64,000 nucleotides of DNA from Bordetella parapertussis (GCA_945864585.1 CAMBCF010000008.1:5689-69688), one strand, 5' to 3'. Numbered from the stretch's first letter, positions 38,923 to 49,502 are shown. The notes: a model not told the origin generated them from the sequence alone. Program-made: numbers and translations.

Positions 38923-39822
38923 ATGTCGTCCACCACCGCAAACGCTACACCCGGCTCGCGCGCGCAGCAGTTTTATCTGCTGACCAAACCGCGTGTGGTG
39001 TCGCTGATCGTGTTTACCGCGATTATCGGCATGCTGCTCTCCGTGCCGGGCATGGTGGCTTTGCAACCGTTTCTGGCCGGCACGGTGGGCATCGCGCTGG
39101 TGGCGGGCGCAGCGGCGGCAATGAATTGTCTGGTGGAGCAGAAAATAGACGCGATCATGGCGCGTACCCGCGCGCGCCCGCTGCCGCGCGGGCAACTCAC
39201 TTCGCTGCAAACCTTGATATTTGCCAGCGTCGTTGGCGGTAGCGGGCTGGTTATTCTGTATGTTTGGGTCAACACGCTGACCATGTGGCTGACGCTCGCC
39301 ACCTTCGTGGGTTACGCAGTGATCTATACCATGATCCTCAAACCGATGACGCCGCAGAATATTGTGATCGGCGGCGCATCGGGGGCGATGCCGCCGGTGC
39401 TGGGCTGGGCCGCGATGACCGGCGAGGTGCCGGCTGAAGCGCTGACGCTGTTCCTGATTATCTTCGCCTGGACACCGCCGCACTTCTGGGCGCTCGCTCT
39501 TTATCGGCGCGACGAATACGCGCAGGCCGGCGTACCGATGTTGCCGGTCACGCACGGTGAAAAATTCACGCGGCTCAATATGTTGCTCTACACGATTATC
39601 CTCGTCGCCTGCTCGCTGCTGCCGTTCGCAGTGAAGTTGTCGGGGCTGATTTATCTGGCATCGGCGCTCGCCCTGGGCGCGGGATTCATGGTGTACGCGG
39701 TGAAGATCTATCGCAATTACAGCGACCTGCTGGCGCGCAAGACCTTTCGTTTTTCGATCATTTATCTCACCGCGCTGTTTGCCGCGCTGCTGATCGATCA
39801 CTACTTGCGCATCTTGCTGTAG
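38923..39822 (+). CDS. cyoE: Protoheme IX farnesyltransferase (heme O synthase)
   Basis: [31 protein letters not shown]. Confidence 0.95.
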   Translation: MSSTTANATPGSRAQQFYLLTKPRVVSLIVFTAIIGMLLSVPGMVALQPFLAGTVGIALVAGAAAAMNCLVEQKIDAIMARTRARPLPRGQLTSLQTLIFASVVGGSGLVILYVWVNTLTMWLTLATFVGYAVIYTMILKPMTPQNIVIGGASGAMPPVLGWAAMTGEVPAEALTLFLIIFAWTPPHFWALALYRRDEYAQAGVPMLPVTHGEKFTRLNMLLYTIILVACSLLPFAVKLSGLIYLASALALGAGFMVYAVKIYRNYSDLLARKTFRFSIIYLTALFAALLIDHYLRILL

Positions 39823-39826
39823 CACG

Positions 39827-40417
39827 ATGAGAGCGCTTGTTTCCGCCGCATTGATCGCAGGGGCGTGCCTGGTGGCTGCATGCGGTCAATCCGCGGCGCC
39901 GCAATTCCAGTTGACCGATGTTACCGGCGCGAACTTCGGCAAGGCGCTGGCGCTCACCGATCACAGCGGCAAGCCGCGCACGCTGGCGGATTTTCAGGGC
40001 AAGGTGGTAGTGCTGTTTTTCGGTTTTACGCATTGCCCGGACGTGTGTCCGACCACACTCGCCGAGATGGCCAAGGTGGTCAAGGAATTGGGCGCCGACG
40101 GCGGCAAACTGCAGGTGTTATTCGTGTCGGTTGACCCAGAGCGCGATACGCCCGAGCTGATGAGGCAATACGTCACCGCGTTTCATCCCTCGTTTTTGGG
40201 ACTGGTGGGCGACGCCGAGGCAACAGCGCGCACCGCGAAAGAATTCAAGGTTTACGTGCAGAAACAGCCCACCCGCGGCAGCGGTTACAGCGTTGATCAT
40301 TCGGCGGGCACCTTTATTCTCGATCAGCAAGGGCGGCTGCGGCTGTTCGCGCAACATGGCGCCGGCGCGTCCACCCTGCTGGGCGATATTCGAACCCTGT
40401 TAAAGCAGGCGTCCTGA
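39827..40417 (+). CDS. SCO1/SenC copper chaperone (lipoprotein)
   Basis: Lipobox VAAC, FGFTHCPDVCPT, DPERD, VDHS. Confidence 0.93.
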   Translation: MRALVSAALIAGACLVAACGQSAAPQFQLTDVTGANFGKALALTDHSGKPRTLADFQGKVVVLFFGFTHCPDVCPTTLAEMAKVVKELGADGGKLQVLFVSVDPERDTPELMRQYVTAFHPSFLGLVGDAEATARTAKEFKVYVQKQPTRGSGYSVDHSAGTFILDQQGRLRLFAQHGAGASTLLGDIRTLLKQAS

Positions 40418-40431
40418 TCAAGGGTGCATCC

Positions 40432-40460
40432 AAAAAAATCCCGGCACAGGCCGGGATTTT
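40432..40460. terminator. Bidirectional intrinsic terminator
   Basis: AAAAAAATCCCGGC-ACAG-GCCGGGATTTT between convergent sco and rpoH. Confidence 0.85.
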
Positions 40461-40481
40461 AATTTCTGCGGCAATAAAAAC

Positions 40482-41339
40482 TCATGCCGCTGTCAAAGTA
40501 ACCATTGCCTCTTTCATCTTACCCAGCGCCTTATACTCGATCTGACGTATACGTTCGGCCGACACCCCAAATTCATCCGCCAAATCGTGCAGCGTCGCCG
40601 GGTCATTTTCAGCGAGCCAGCGCGCCTGGATTATGCGGCGGCTGCGGGCATCAAGGCCACCCAGTGCTTTTTCGAGGCCCTCGCCGCGCAGACGCGCGTT
40701 TTGTTGCTGCTCAATCACCACGCCGGGCTCAGCATCTTCGGACGCGAGATAGGCAATCGGGCTGTAGCTGTCGTCGTCGTCCGCGTTGCCGGGTTCGAGT
40801 GCTACATCCTGTCCGCCGAGGCGGGTTTCCATTTCAACCACTTCTTCGGCTTTGACGCCCAATTGTTTGGCGATGGATTTCACCTCATCGCTACCCAGCG
40901 TGTTAAGCCCGGGTTTCATGCTGCGCAGGTTGAAAAAGAGTTTGCGTTGCGCCTTGGTGGTGGCGATTTTGACAATGCGCCAATTGCGCAGTATGTACTC
41001 GTGCATCTCGGCGCGTATCCAGTGCACGGCGAACGACACCAGCCGCACGCCGCGCTCCGGGTCGAAGCGCTTCACCGCCTTCATCAGTCCGATGTTGCCT
41101 TCCTGAATCAGGTCGGACTGCGGCAGGCCGTAACCCATATAGCCACGCGCAATCGAAACCACGACACGCAGATGCGACACCACCAGTTCACGCGCTGCAT
41201 CCAGATCACCGCTGTCGCGAAACCGGCGCGCAAAAGCAGTCTCCTGCTCCTGCGTGAGGAATTGAAACCGGCTGACCGACTGGATATAGGTATCCAGACT
41301 CCCCCCTGCCGAGGGGATGGGTAACACAAGTGTAGACAT
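40482..41339 (-). CDS. rpoH: RNA polymerase sigma-32 factor
   Basis: DLIQEGNIGLMKAV and RpoH box QRKLFFNLR. Confidence 0.97.
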   Translation of the reverse strand: MSTLVLPIPSAGGSLDTYIQSVSRFQFLTQEQETAFARRFRDSGDLDAARELVVSHLRVVVSIARGYMGYGLPQSDLIQEGNIGLMKAVKRFDPERGVRLVSFAVHWIRAEMHEYILRNWRIVKIATTKAQRKLFFNLRSMKPGLNTLGSDEVKSIAKQLGVKAEEVVEMETRLGGQDVALEPGNADDDDSYSPIAYLASEDAEPGVVIEQQQNARLRGEGLEKALGGLDARSRRIIQARWLAENDPATLHDLADEFGVSAERIRQIEYKALGKMKEAMVTLTAA

Positions 41340-41373
41340 GCTGTCTCCCGATGTAATGATTGCTGTTATTAGT

Positions 41374-41400
41374 TTAGCACTCTTGGGTTTAGAGTGCCAA
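41374..41400. promoter_or_regulatory. CIRCE element (HrcA operator) upstream of rpoH
   Basis: TTAGCACTC-N9-GAGTGCCAA, one mismatch to consensus. Confidence 0.9.
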
Positions 41401-41416
41401 ACCGCATTCGAGTTCC
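41389..41416 (-). promoter_or_regulatory. Putative sigma-E type promoter of rpoH
   Basis: Minus strand GGAACTC-N16-TCTAA. Confidence 0.55.
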
Positions 41417-41634
41417 ACTCAAATTAGGTAATAAAATTGTTTAAAAACAGATATTTATTAACTTTATTCGAAGCTACTCTGGAACCAGTTCAGGGTCAAG
41501 GCGTTAGCGCACAGACTGCGGAAGCTTGACGCAGAGAGGTGGTTCCAGTCCTGCGGTAAGCCCAATCCCGGCTTCCGGGATTACGCTATGCCAGCTTAAA
41601 ATACGGCCAGTCTGACTCACCCAACCCACGCCAC

Positions 41635-42387
41635 ATGACGCTTTCGGTTTCGATTACTACCTTCAACGGCGAGCCGCTGGTGCGCCGCTGCCTGGAATCC
41701 GTCGCGTGGGCGGATGAGATCATTGCGGTCGATTCCGGCAGCACCGATAACACGCGTGATATTTGCCGCGAGCTGGGCGCCAAGGTTACGCAAACGCCGG
41801 ATTTTCCGGGCTACGGCCAGCAAAAAAACCGCGCGCTGGATCGCACCACGGGCGATTGGGTGTTGGCGCTGGATCACGACGAAATGGTGTCGCCCGAGCT
41901 GCGCGCAGAAATCGAAGCCACTATCAAAAACCCCGGCGATGTGGTTGCATACACCATGCCGCGGCTGTCGAATTTTTGCGGGCGCGATATGCGCCACTGC
42001 GGCTGGTGGCCCGATCCGGTGACGCGCCTGTTTCGCAAGGGCGCCGCGCGTTTTTCGGAAGACCATTTGCACGACCGCATACTCGTGAATGGCAAGATCG
42101 GCAAACTGCACCATGCACTGCGGCACGAGCCGATGCCGACGCTGGAGCATGTCATCAACAAAATGAATGGCTATTCCTCTGCCGGCGCGAAATTCAATTT
42201 CGAGCGCGGCAAGCGCGCATCGCTCGGCCAGGCGATCTTTCACGGCGGGTGGGCGTTCGTGCGCACCTATGTTCTGCAGGCCGGGTTTCTAGATGGGCGC
42301 GAAGGTTTCATGCTTTCCGTGTCCAACGCCGAGGGCACCTATTACCGCTACCTCAAGCTGATGCTGCTGGGTGGCAGGCCCCGGTGA
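41635..42387 (+). CDS. GT2 glycosyltransferase (WaaE/LgtF-like LPS core)
   Basis: VDSGSTD, QKNRAL, LDHDE, GFLDGREG. Confidence 0.88.
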   Translation: MTLSVSITTFNGEPLVRRCLESVAWADEIIAVDSGSTDNTRDICRELGAKVTQTPDFPGYGQQKNRALDRTTGDWVLALDHDEMVSPELRAEIEATIKNPGDVVAYTMPRLSNFCGRDMRHCGWWPDPVTRLFRKGAARFSEDHLHDRILVNGKIGKLHHALRHEPMPTLEHVINKMNGYSSAGAKFNFERGKRASLGQAIFHGGWAFVRTYVLQAGFLDGREGFMLSVSNAEGTYYRYLKLMLLGGRPR

Positions 42388-43193
42388 AAACCGCGGTCAT
42401 CGTCACCACCTATAACCGGCCGGACGCACTTGCGGCAGTGCTTGACGGGTACATCGATCAAGCCGGCCATGACTTCGAGTTGCTGGTCGCCGACGATGGC
42501 TCAACGGACGAAACGCGACGCCTGGTTGAAAGCTACGCCGTGCGCGCACCGTTCAGCTTGCATCACATGTGGCAGGAGGACAGCGGCTTCAGGCCCGGCG
42601 CCGCACGCAATCGCGCGGCTGCGCGAACGGATGCCGATTATCTTATTTTCGTCGATGGCGATTGCGTGCCCGCGCGCGATTTCGTTCACCAGCACCGAAC
42701 GCTCGCTGAGCCGGGATATTTTCTTTCCGGCAACCGCGTGCTGCTGTCGGAATCTTTTACGCGGCAGGTGCTTGCTGCACGCGCGCCGATACACCGCTGG
42801 CGCGCCGCGCGCTGGCTGCGCGCATGGGCCGCGCGTGATGTGAATCGCCTGCTGCCGTTGCTCAAGCTGCCCGACACGTCATTGCGCAAACGCTCACCGC
42901 GGCAATGGCAGGGCGTGAAGACCTGCAATCTGTCATTGTGGCGGACGGATTTCATGCGCGCCAATGGCTTGGACGAGTCTTACTGCGGCTGGGGACTCGA
43001 AGACAGCGATCTGGCGATCCGTCTGCTCCACGCCGGCGTGCATCACAAAAGCGCGCGCTTCGCGACACCGGTGTTTCACCTGTGGCACCGCGAAAATGAC
43101 CGCAGCCGGCTGGGCGAAAATCAAAAACTGCTCGACGAGATCATCCGTTCCGAACGCATCGAAGCGCGCCTGGGTGTCAGCCAGTATTTATGA
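42384..43193 (+). CDS. GT2 glycosyltransferase
   Basis: TTYNRPDAL, ADDGS, DGDC, GWGLEDSDL; GTG start overlapping previous stop. Confidence 0.88.
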   Translation: MKTAVIVTTYNRPDALAAVLDGYIDQAGHDFELLVADDGSTDETRRLVESYAVRAPFSLHHMWQEDSGFRPGAARNRAAARTDADYLIFVDGDCVPARDFVHQHRTLAEPGYFLSGNRVLLSESFTRQVLAARAPIHRWRAARWLRAWAARDVNRLLPLLKLPDTSLRKRSPRQWQGVKTCNLSLWRTDFMRANGLDESYCGWGLEDSDLAIRLLHAGVHHKSARFATPVFHLWHRENDRSRLGENQKLLDEIIRSERIEARLGVSQYL

Positions 43194-44269
43194 ATCCACC
43201 ACCGCGCCGCGTGCTGGTGATCGTCACACGCCGCATCGGCGACGTGCTGTTGGCGACGCCCGTGGTGCGCTCGCTGAAACGCGCCTGGCCCAACGCAGCT
43301 ATCGATGCCCTGGTGTTCAGCAGTAGCGCGAGCGTGCTTGCGGCCAACGCCGACATCGACCACATACACGCCATCCCCGAACGCCCCGGCATATTGCAGC
43401 ATATTATTTTTATTCTGAAATTATTCCGGCGCTATGATTTGGCGCTGTCTTTGGTTCCCGGTGATCGGCCGACTTTTTACGCCTATGCCGCAGGCCGCTC
43501 GCGCGTGGGCCTGCTGCTGCCCACGCCCAAAGAAAGCTGGAAACGCAGATTTCTGCATCACTGGGTGCCCTACCCGCTTGCGGCTACACATACCGTGCTG
43601 ACACATCTCTCCGTGCTCGCGCCACTGGGCGTGCCAGCGGTGGCCGAAGTCACACCCAGCTGGCGCGCCGCCGACGCGCAGCGCGCAGCGCAGATGCTCG
43701 CACCTTTGGAAAACGTCCGCTACATCGTGTTACACCTCTACCCCAGATTCAACTACAAAATGTGGAGCGACGCAGGCTGGCTGGAACTCGCGCGCTGGAT
43801 CGCCGGGCGCGGACTGCGCATCGTGCTCACCGGTGGGCACGACACTGCCGAAGTTGATTACGTACGCGGCCTTGCAAACCAGATGGCCATGCCGCTCAAC
43901 CTCGCGGGAAAATTGACGCTCAGCGAATGCGCCTGCGTGCTCGCGCGCGCGGCGGCCTATGTCGGCCCCGACACCGCGCTTACCCATATGGCGGCGGCGC
44001 TGGGTGTGCCTACCGTCACGTTTTTTGGCCCGACTGACGCCGTGCAATGGGGGCCGTGGCCCAGGGGCCATGACCTAAGCCGCGCGCCGTGGCGCCGCCT
44101 GGGCGATCAAAGCAGCGGCAACGTGCGTTTGCTGCAGGGAAGTGCTGCGTGTGTGCCGTGCGGTAACGAAGGCTGCCAACGGCGCCTCGCCAGCTTCAGC
44201 GATTGTTTGTTGCAACTGCCGGCAGCGCGGGTCATCGATGCCTTACGCGATGTTGCAAATATTCAATGA
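43190..44269 (+). CDS. GT9 LPS heptosyltransferase (RfaQ-like)
   Basis: RRIGDVLLATP, NLAGKLTL, GPDTALTHMAAA, FFGPT. Confidence 0.88.
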   Translation: MNPPPRRVLVIVTRRIGDVLLATPVVRSLKRAWPNAAIDALVFSSSASVLAANADIDHIHAIPERPGILQHIIFILKLFRRYDLALSLVPGDRPTFYAYAAGRSRVGLLLPTPKESWKRRFLHHWVPYPLAATHTVLTHLSVLAPLGVPAVAEVTPSWRAADAQRAAQMLAPLENVRYIVLHLYPRFNYKMWSDAGWLELARWIAGRGLRIVLTGGHDTAEVDYVRGLANQMAMPLNLAGKLTLSECACVLARAAAYVGPDTALTHMAAALGVPTVTFFGPTDAVQWGPWPRGHDLSRAPWRRLGDQSSGNVRLLQGSAACVPCGNEGCQRRLASFSDCLLQLPAARVIDALRDVANIQ

Positions 44270-45120
44270 TTACCAACGCTTACCTCACCCATTGCCCAGT
44301 GGGGTGCGCCTCGCCGCTGGAGGTTAGCGGTTTCAATTTGCCCGAAGGCCCATTACGGCGTTGCGCCGGCTGCGGCCAGTTGATCAGCGCGGCGAGTGAA
44401 GCGCGTTATTGGGAAACCATGGCGGCGTTCAACGCACCGGCGTTTAATCGGCCCTCACCGCGCGAAATCGAACGGCGGCGTTCAGTAGCGAACCGGCGCC
44501 TGAAAACGCTGGCGCGCCTGCTCGGCAAATCGCACGCAGATATCCGGCTTGTCGATGTAGGTTGTTCACGCGGACAGTTTGTGGATTTCGCCGCGCAAGC
44601 CGGGTTTGCCGCCGAAGGCGTTGAACCTGCGCCCGACATAGCGGCTGCCGCGCGTGCGCTGGGGCTGAATGTGCGCAGCGGTTTGCTCGAACAGCAGAAC
44701 TATCCCGATGCAGCGTTCGACGCCGTGTCGTTGTTCGAAGTGGTGGAGCATTTGCGTGAACCGCTGCCACTGCTGCGCGAGTGCAGACGCATCCTCAAAC
44801 CCAGCGGCATACTGATCGTCAGCACGGGTAACACCGCCAGCTGGACGGTGGCCGCGATGGGCGCGCGCTGGGATTACTTTCACATCGAAAAAGACGGCGG
44901 ACACATCAGCTTTTTCAATCCGCAATCGATTACAGCACTCGCGCGCAACGCCGGGTTTCACCTCGAACGCATTGAGACGTCGCGCGTGAAATTTCACGAG
45001 AAGGGTGAGGTTTCAAAAATGACCTACGTGCTGGGCAAAATCGCTGCGGAACTGCTGAACGTGCCCGCGCGCATTGCCCGCCGCGGGCACGACATGCTGA
45101 CGTATCTGCGCCGCGACTAG
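44266..45120 (+). CDS. Class I SAM-dependent methyltransferase with N-terminal Cys motifs
   Basis: CPVGC, CAGC, DVGCSRG, FEVVEHL. Confidence 0.85.
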   Translation: MITNAYLTHCPVGCASPLEVSGFNLPEGPLRRCAGCGQLISAASEARYWETMAAFNAPAFNRPSPREIERRRSVANRRLKTLARLLGKSHADIRLVDVGCSRGQFVDFAAQAGFAAEGVEPAPDIAAAARALGLNVRSGLLEQQNYPDAAFDAVSLFEVVEHLREPLPLLRECRRILKPSGILIVSTGNTASWTVAAMGARWDYFHIEKDGGHISFFNPQSITALARNAGFHLERIETSRVKFHEKGEVSKMTYVLGKIAAELLNVPARIARRGHDMLTYLRRD

Positions 45121-45237
45121 CGTTTCTGCAGAATCAACACCAACGAGCGGCTGAACAGCAGTGGCCGCGAAGCGCATATTGCCGGTAAAGCTGGCGACGT
45201 GACTGTATCGTCTGCTGGTTGAGGCCAATGCGGATCC

Positions 45238-46650
45238 TTAATGCCGGGCGCAAGCCGCACCGCGACACAGCAGATACAATGTATCACCGGCCAGCGCATA
45301 CTGCGCGGCTACTTTGCCCAGCGCGGCATCGGGCAGGTTTGACAGTGCGTAGCCGTTGTCCCATAGCGCCGGCGCAAAGGTCAGCACAGCTTGCGGCAGT
45401 CGCTGAATATTGATATACGCTGTCACCGACTGTCCGGCGGCGCTGACATCGTGGCTGTACAGCGGGAACCCTGCGCTGCGCTGAATCACCTGTCGCGCCA
45501 CCAACGCATAGTTCTCGCCCCGCACCTGCTGTTGATACAGCGGAAACACTACCAGCGCCAGCAAAAACTTGAGCGCCACCATGGCCCACAGCCAGCGCAT
45601 GGCCGTGCGCACATGCGCATCACCGAGCGACTCCAAGGCGACGGCCAACGCCAACGCGAGCAGCGGCAGCACCGGCATCAGATAGCGAATATGACTCTGC
45701 GGCGCCAGCCAGAATGGAATGAACGCTATGACCACAATAGCGAGAGATGTTGTAACTATTTGATTTTTAGCGATATTTTTGAGTACGCGCCGACGCCACA
45801 GCCACCACAGCACCAGCAAGGAAAGCGGCGCCAACCGCAACAATGTCTCCAGCGGATAGGCAATCAATTTCCACAAATACGCATACACGCCCAGCGGCAT
45901 CAGCTTGTCGGCAATCTCCGCTGCCATGCGGCTATTGTGCGTCTGATCGCCGCCAATTAAATAGGCCCACGCAAACGGCGCGCCCAGCGTCAACGCAGCC
46001 AGCAACAAAGGCAGCGGTTGCAACAGAACTTTACGCGCGTCACGCCGCCACAAAAATACCAGCACTGCCGCGCCGATGAACGCGTAAACAATAATGCCTT
46101 TGGTCAAAAAAGCCGCGGTGGCGAATAACAACGTGACCAGCAGCCAGGCTGTGCGGCGCGTTTCCACCGCCAGCCACAGCGCCGCGATCGCGCCGAACAC
46201 CAGCATGCCGAGCAAGGGGTCGCGATAGCCGAGCCAGCCCCGGTACAACAGAATGTCACCAAAAGTCACTGCGATCGCGGCCGCCAGCGCCGCCAGCGCA
46301 GCATTGCGGCACAGACGATGCGCCAGAAATGCGAGCATCGCTCCGCTGAATGCGGTGGCAGCGATCATGATCGCACGCGTAACGCCCGGCGCATGCTCCC
46401 ACCCCACCGCGCTGGCCAGCAAAATAATCAGCCAGTTGGCAAATACCCCATGCCGCGCATCCAGGCCATACAGCCACAACCGCAACCAGTCGCCGCGCTG
46501 CCACATCTCCAGCGATGCGTTCACCAGGATGCCCTCCTCGCCCACCAGAAAAAACCACAGGGTCGGGATCGAGCTGGCGATGGCCGCCGCATAGATGAGC
46601 CAGGCTTGTCGTGTAAGCTCCGGCGCGAGAGGACGGGGCGCGTTATTCAC
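45238..46650 (-). CDS. ArnT/PMT-like polyprenyl-phosphate-sugar transferase (GT-C fold)
   Basis: Multi-TM protein with GEEG acidic motif in the first loop, AFLTKG, RYLMP; GTG start at 46650. Confidence 0.75.
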   Translation of the reverse strand: MNNAPRPLAPELTRQAWLIYAAAIASSIPTLWFFLVGEEGILVNASLEMWQRGDWLRLWLYGLDARHGVFANWLIILLASAVGWEHAPGVTRAIMIAATAFSGAMLAFLAHRLCRNAALAALAAAIAVTFGDILLYRGWLGYRDPLLGMLVFGAIAALWLAVETRRTAWLLVTLLFATAAFLTKGIIVYAFIGAAVLVFLWRRDARKVLLQPLPLLLAALTLGAPFAWAYLIGGDQTHNSRMAAEIADKLMPLGVYAYLWKLIAYPLETLLRLAPLSLLVLWWLWRRRVLKNIAKNQIVTTSLAIVVIAFIPFWLAPQSHIRYLMPVLPLLALALAVALESLGDAHVRTAMRWLWAMVALKFLLALVVFPLYQQQVRGENYALVARQVIQRSAGFPLYSHDVSAAGQSVTAYINIQRLPQAVLTFAPALWDNGYALSNLPDAALGKVAAQYALAGDTLYLLCRGAACARH

Positions 46651-47885
46651 AGTGTCTCCGGCCGGTACAGTCCCGCACGCACACGACCCGCATCCAGATC
46701 GCTGAAGAAGCGTTGCAGCACGCGCCGGTTGCATTCGGGGTACGCGTGATGCTCGTCGGTGAATTCCGCCGCGGCGCAGCCGTACTGTTCCGAAGCGCCG
46801 GCGTCGATCACGCTCACCTGGTAACGCCGCGCCCAGGTGTCGAGGCTGGCTTTGGTGCGGTCCAGGCAAGCTTTCCAGCGCGGATGGCTGCGCAGGGTTT
46901 TTTCCATGCCGGGCGCCAGCGCGGGGAGTATGAAAATCATGCGTCCGCCGCTCGCGGCTAAACGTTGCGCGGATTCTCCCAGCCCCTCTAGGTACGCCGC
47001 ATTGGGTTCGCCCCCGGGTGCGCACAGGTGTTTGGTGTATTTGGAACTGGGCGCGGCCGCGGCCACCGCAAGCGTGGCTGCCCGAGCCGGCGTGAGCCGG
47101 CTGTCGTTGGCGAAGGTCCAACTGCCATCGTAGCGATAACCGCGGCACAGTCCGCGATTGATCACATCAAAATCGCGCGCTACGGAACCATCGGCACAAC
47201 GATACGGTGCGCCGCCCACATCAAAAAACGCATGCCACAAACTGTTTCCGGGTTCGGCGCTTTTCAACGCCGCGGCCAGCAGCGTGCCGAGATTCGCCAC
47301 GCGCGGCCATGACAGCGCATCTTCGAGACGTTTGGCGAACGCGACGCGGTGAACCAGGTAGGCGCGCTCCACCGCTTGCGCGGAAAGGTCTAGCTCGCCC
47401 ACCGCGCCCGGCAGATAAATATTGCCCACTGACCAATCCAGCCCCGCCAGCACCCAGCGCACGCGCTGCGGCCAGTGTTGCGTCACGTAATGCGCTTCGC
47501 CCGCGACCGAGGCGGTGGCGTTCCCCGTCACCGTCAGGTTATAACTGCGCCAGCCGGCGGGCAGTACATCCTGGGTGACGCCCATCAGCGTCGAAGAGCC
47601 GAGCACCAGGGCATTGATCTCCGCCAATCGATCCGCCAGCCGCAGCACCTTGAACGGCCCGGTGTAACCCACCGGCGGCGCGTAGGTCACCCCGCGCGTG
47701 GCCTGCTGCCACACTGAGGCGGCGCGCGTGGCTTGCAGATTGCCGAGGCCGCGGTCACCCAATATGAGGTTGAGTGTGAGCACCAGCGCCAGCGCCAATC
47801 CCAATGCACCGAGAAGCGCGGCCACATAACGGCGCAGCGCCTTGTGCGCGGGCGCCTGCGGAATTTGCGGCGTTGCGGGGGCCAT
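46647..47885 (-). CDS. Membrane-anchored SGNH-like acyl-transfer protein (DltD/AlgJ-like), paralog A
   Basis: N-terminal TM, LVLGSS, GLDW, FTDEHH (DxxH), six Cys. Confidence 0.65.
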   Translation of the reverse strand: MAPATPQIPQAPAHKALRRYVAALLGALGLALALVLTLNLILGDRGLGNLQATRAASVWQQATRGVTYAPPVGYTGPFKVLRLADRLAEINALVLGSSTLMGVTQDVLPAGWRSYNLTVTGNATASVAGEAHYVTQHWPQRVRWVLAGLDWSVGNIYLPGAVGELDLSAQAVERAYLVHRVAFAKRLEDALSWPRVANLGTLLAAALKSAEPGNSLWHAFFDVGGAPYRCADGSVARDFDVINRGLCRGYRYDGSWTFANDSRLTPARAATLAVAAAAPSSKYTKHLCAPGGEPNAAYLEGLGESAQRLAASGGRMIFILPALAPGMEKTLRSHPRWKACLDRTKASLDTWARRYQVSVIDAGASEQYGCAAAEFTDEHHAYPECNRRVLQRFFSDLDAGRVRAGLYRPETL

Positions 47886-49441
47886 CAAAATTGAAAATAC
47901 AGAAACTCGGACTGCCGGTGCAGATTGACGATGGCGGCAAACGCCACCGCCGCCACCACCAATCCCGCCGCCACACCGGGCCGCCACAACAGGAGCCGCG
48001 CAGCAGCCATATCGCGCGGAATCAGCAACGCCGGATTAAAGCGCGCCATGATCTGCTGCGTGTTCGGGGCGAACCACGCGATGGCGAGCAGGATGACGAT
48101 CCAGTTGATCAATCCGCCGCTAACCAACCCGCGCGAGTTGGCAAACGACACCCCGTTCAGCGACAGCCATGCCCCCACTGCACCCCACTGCGCCAACCAA
48201 TGATCCGGCACAGCGAGTCCGTGCAAACCCCACATGCCGCCAATAATTTGCAGCGCATGCGGCACGCTGTCCGCGCGAAAAAACGCCAGGCCCACCAGCC
48301 ACGCCACAAACGTCAGCGCGATGGCGGCCGCGGTACCCAGGCGCGTGGGGTGCTTGCGATCCTGACCCAGGCGCTTGCGCAGCATGCGCCACCACTGGTT
48401 CACGCACAGATAGAAGCCGTGCAAAATGCCAAACACGATATAGGTCCAGCCTGCGCCGTGCCACAGGCCGCACAAAAACATCGTAATCATCACGCTGGCG
48501 TAGCGCCGCCACGCGCGCTTGCGCTTCCCGCCCAGCGGCACAAACACATAGTCACGCAAAAATCGCGACAGTGTCATGTGCCAGCGATTCCACAGTTCCG
48601 CGATGTTCACGGCCTTGTACGGCGAATGAAAATTCAGCGGCAAATGCACACCGAATACGCGCGACAAACCGATCGCCATGTCGGAATAACCCGAAAAATC
48701 AAAGTACAGCTGCAACGCGTAGGCCAGCACCGCGCACCACGCCTCGATCAACGTCGGCGGCGTTCCCGCGCCGGGGAGTGCAAACAAGGGCGCCACATAA
48801 GGGGCAATGCCATCGGCCAGAATCACTTTCTTGAACAAGCCGATAAAAAATATGGTGAGTCCGACGGCGACGTTTTCCAGCTGCACGCGATACGTCGATG
48901 CACGCGCGAACTGCGGCATCATCTCGGCGTGGTGCAGGATGGGCCCCGCGATCAGGTGCGGGAAATAGGTCACGAACAAACAATAGTGAACAAAGTTGTA
49001 TTCCTTCACTTTGCCCTGGCAGGTATCCACCAGAAAAGCGATCTGGGTAAACGTAAAAAACGAAATGCCCAGCGGCAAAATAATTTCCGCCTGCGGCGGC
49101 GCAACGCCCATCAATCCGGCGGCGTTGGCGAGAAAGAAATTGCTGTACTTGTAATACCCCAGCAGCAGCAGATTCGCGGCAACCGCGGCGATGGCCAAAG
49201 CCTTTCTTTTCGCAGCATCAGCGGACGCGACACGCGCGATGGCCATGCCCGCGCAGTAGTTGAACACGATCGACAGCAGCAATAGCGTCACGTACGCCGG
49301 ATTCCACCAGCCATAGAAAAATAACGACGCAACCGCAAGCCATCCTGCCGCCAGCATATGACTCGTTCGCGCGAATAAAAAAAACAGCGCAAACGTCAGC
49401 GGCAGAAAAACGAAAATGAAGGCGTGAGAGTTAAACAGCAT
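47885..49441 (-). CDS. MBOAT O-acyltransferase (AlgI/DltB-like), paralog A
   Basis: LPLGISFFTF, YFDFSGYSDMA, GLWHGAGW, C-terminal EFLYFQF. Confidence 0.92.
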   Translation of the reverse strand: MLFNSHAFIFVFLPLTFALFFLFARTSHMLAAGWLAVASLFFYGWWNPAYVTLLLLSIVFNYCAGMAIARVASADAAKRKALAIAAVAANLLLLGYYKYSNFFLANAAGLMGVAPPQAEIILPLGISFFTFTQIAFLVDTCQGKVKEYNFVHYCLFVTYFPHLIAGPILHHAEMMPQFARASTYRVQLENVAVGLTIFFIGLFKKVILADGIAPYVAPLFALPGAGTPPTLIEAWCAVLAYALQLYFDFSGYSDMAIGLSRVFGVHLPLNFHSPYKAVNIAELWNRWHMTLSRFLRDYVFVPLGGKRKRAWRRYASVMITMFLCGLWHGAGWTYIVFGILHGFYLCVNQWWRMLRKRLGQDRKHPTRLGTAAAIALTFVAWLVGLAFFRADSVPHALQIIGGMWGLHGLAVPDHWLAQWGAVGAWLSLNGVSFANSRGLVSGGLINWIVILLAIAWFAPNTQQIMARFNPALLIPRDMAAARLLLWRPGVAAGLVVAAVAFAAIVNLHRQSEFLYFQF

Positions 49442-49502
49442 GCTTATCCATGTAGCGCCCGGCGTGAGGGAAGTTTAGCATTCGTCATCACGCGCACCCG
49501 CC

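Noticed and set aside
41470-41590. SRP RNA or tRNA-Sec in the rpoH upstream region
   Set aside because: No SRP GNRA/AGCAG domain IV motif and no cloverleaf with a TCA anticodon
41763-42383. N-terminal extensions of track ORFs (41763, 1203, 47148, 52536, 61767)
   Set aside because: They overlap neighbouring genes or leaders; family similarity begins only at the downstream starts used above
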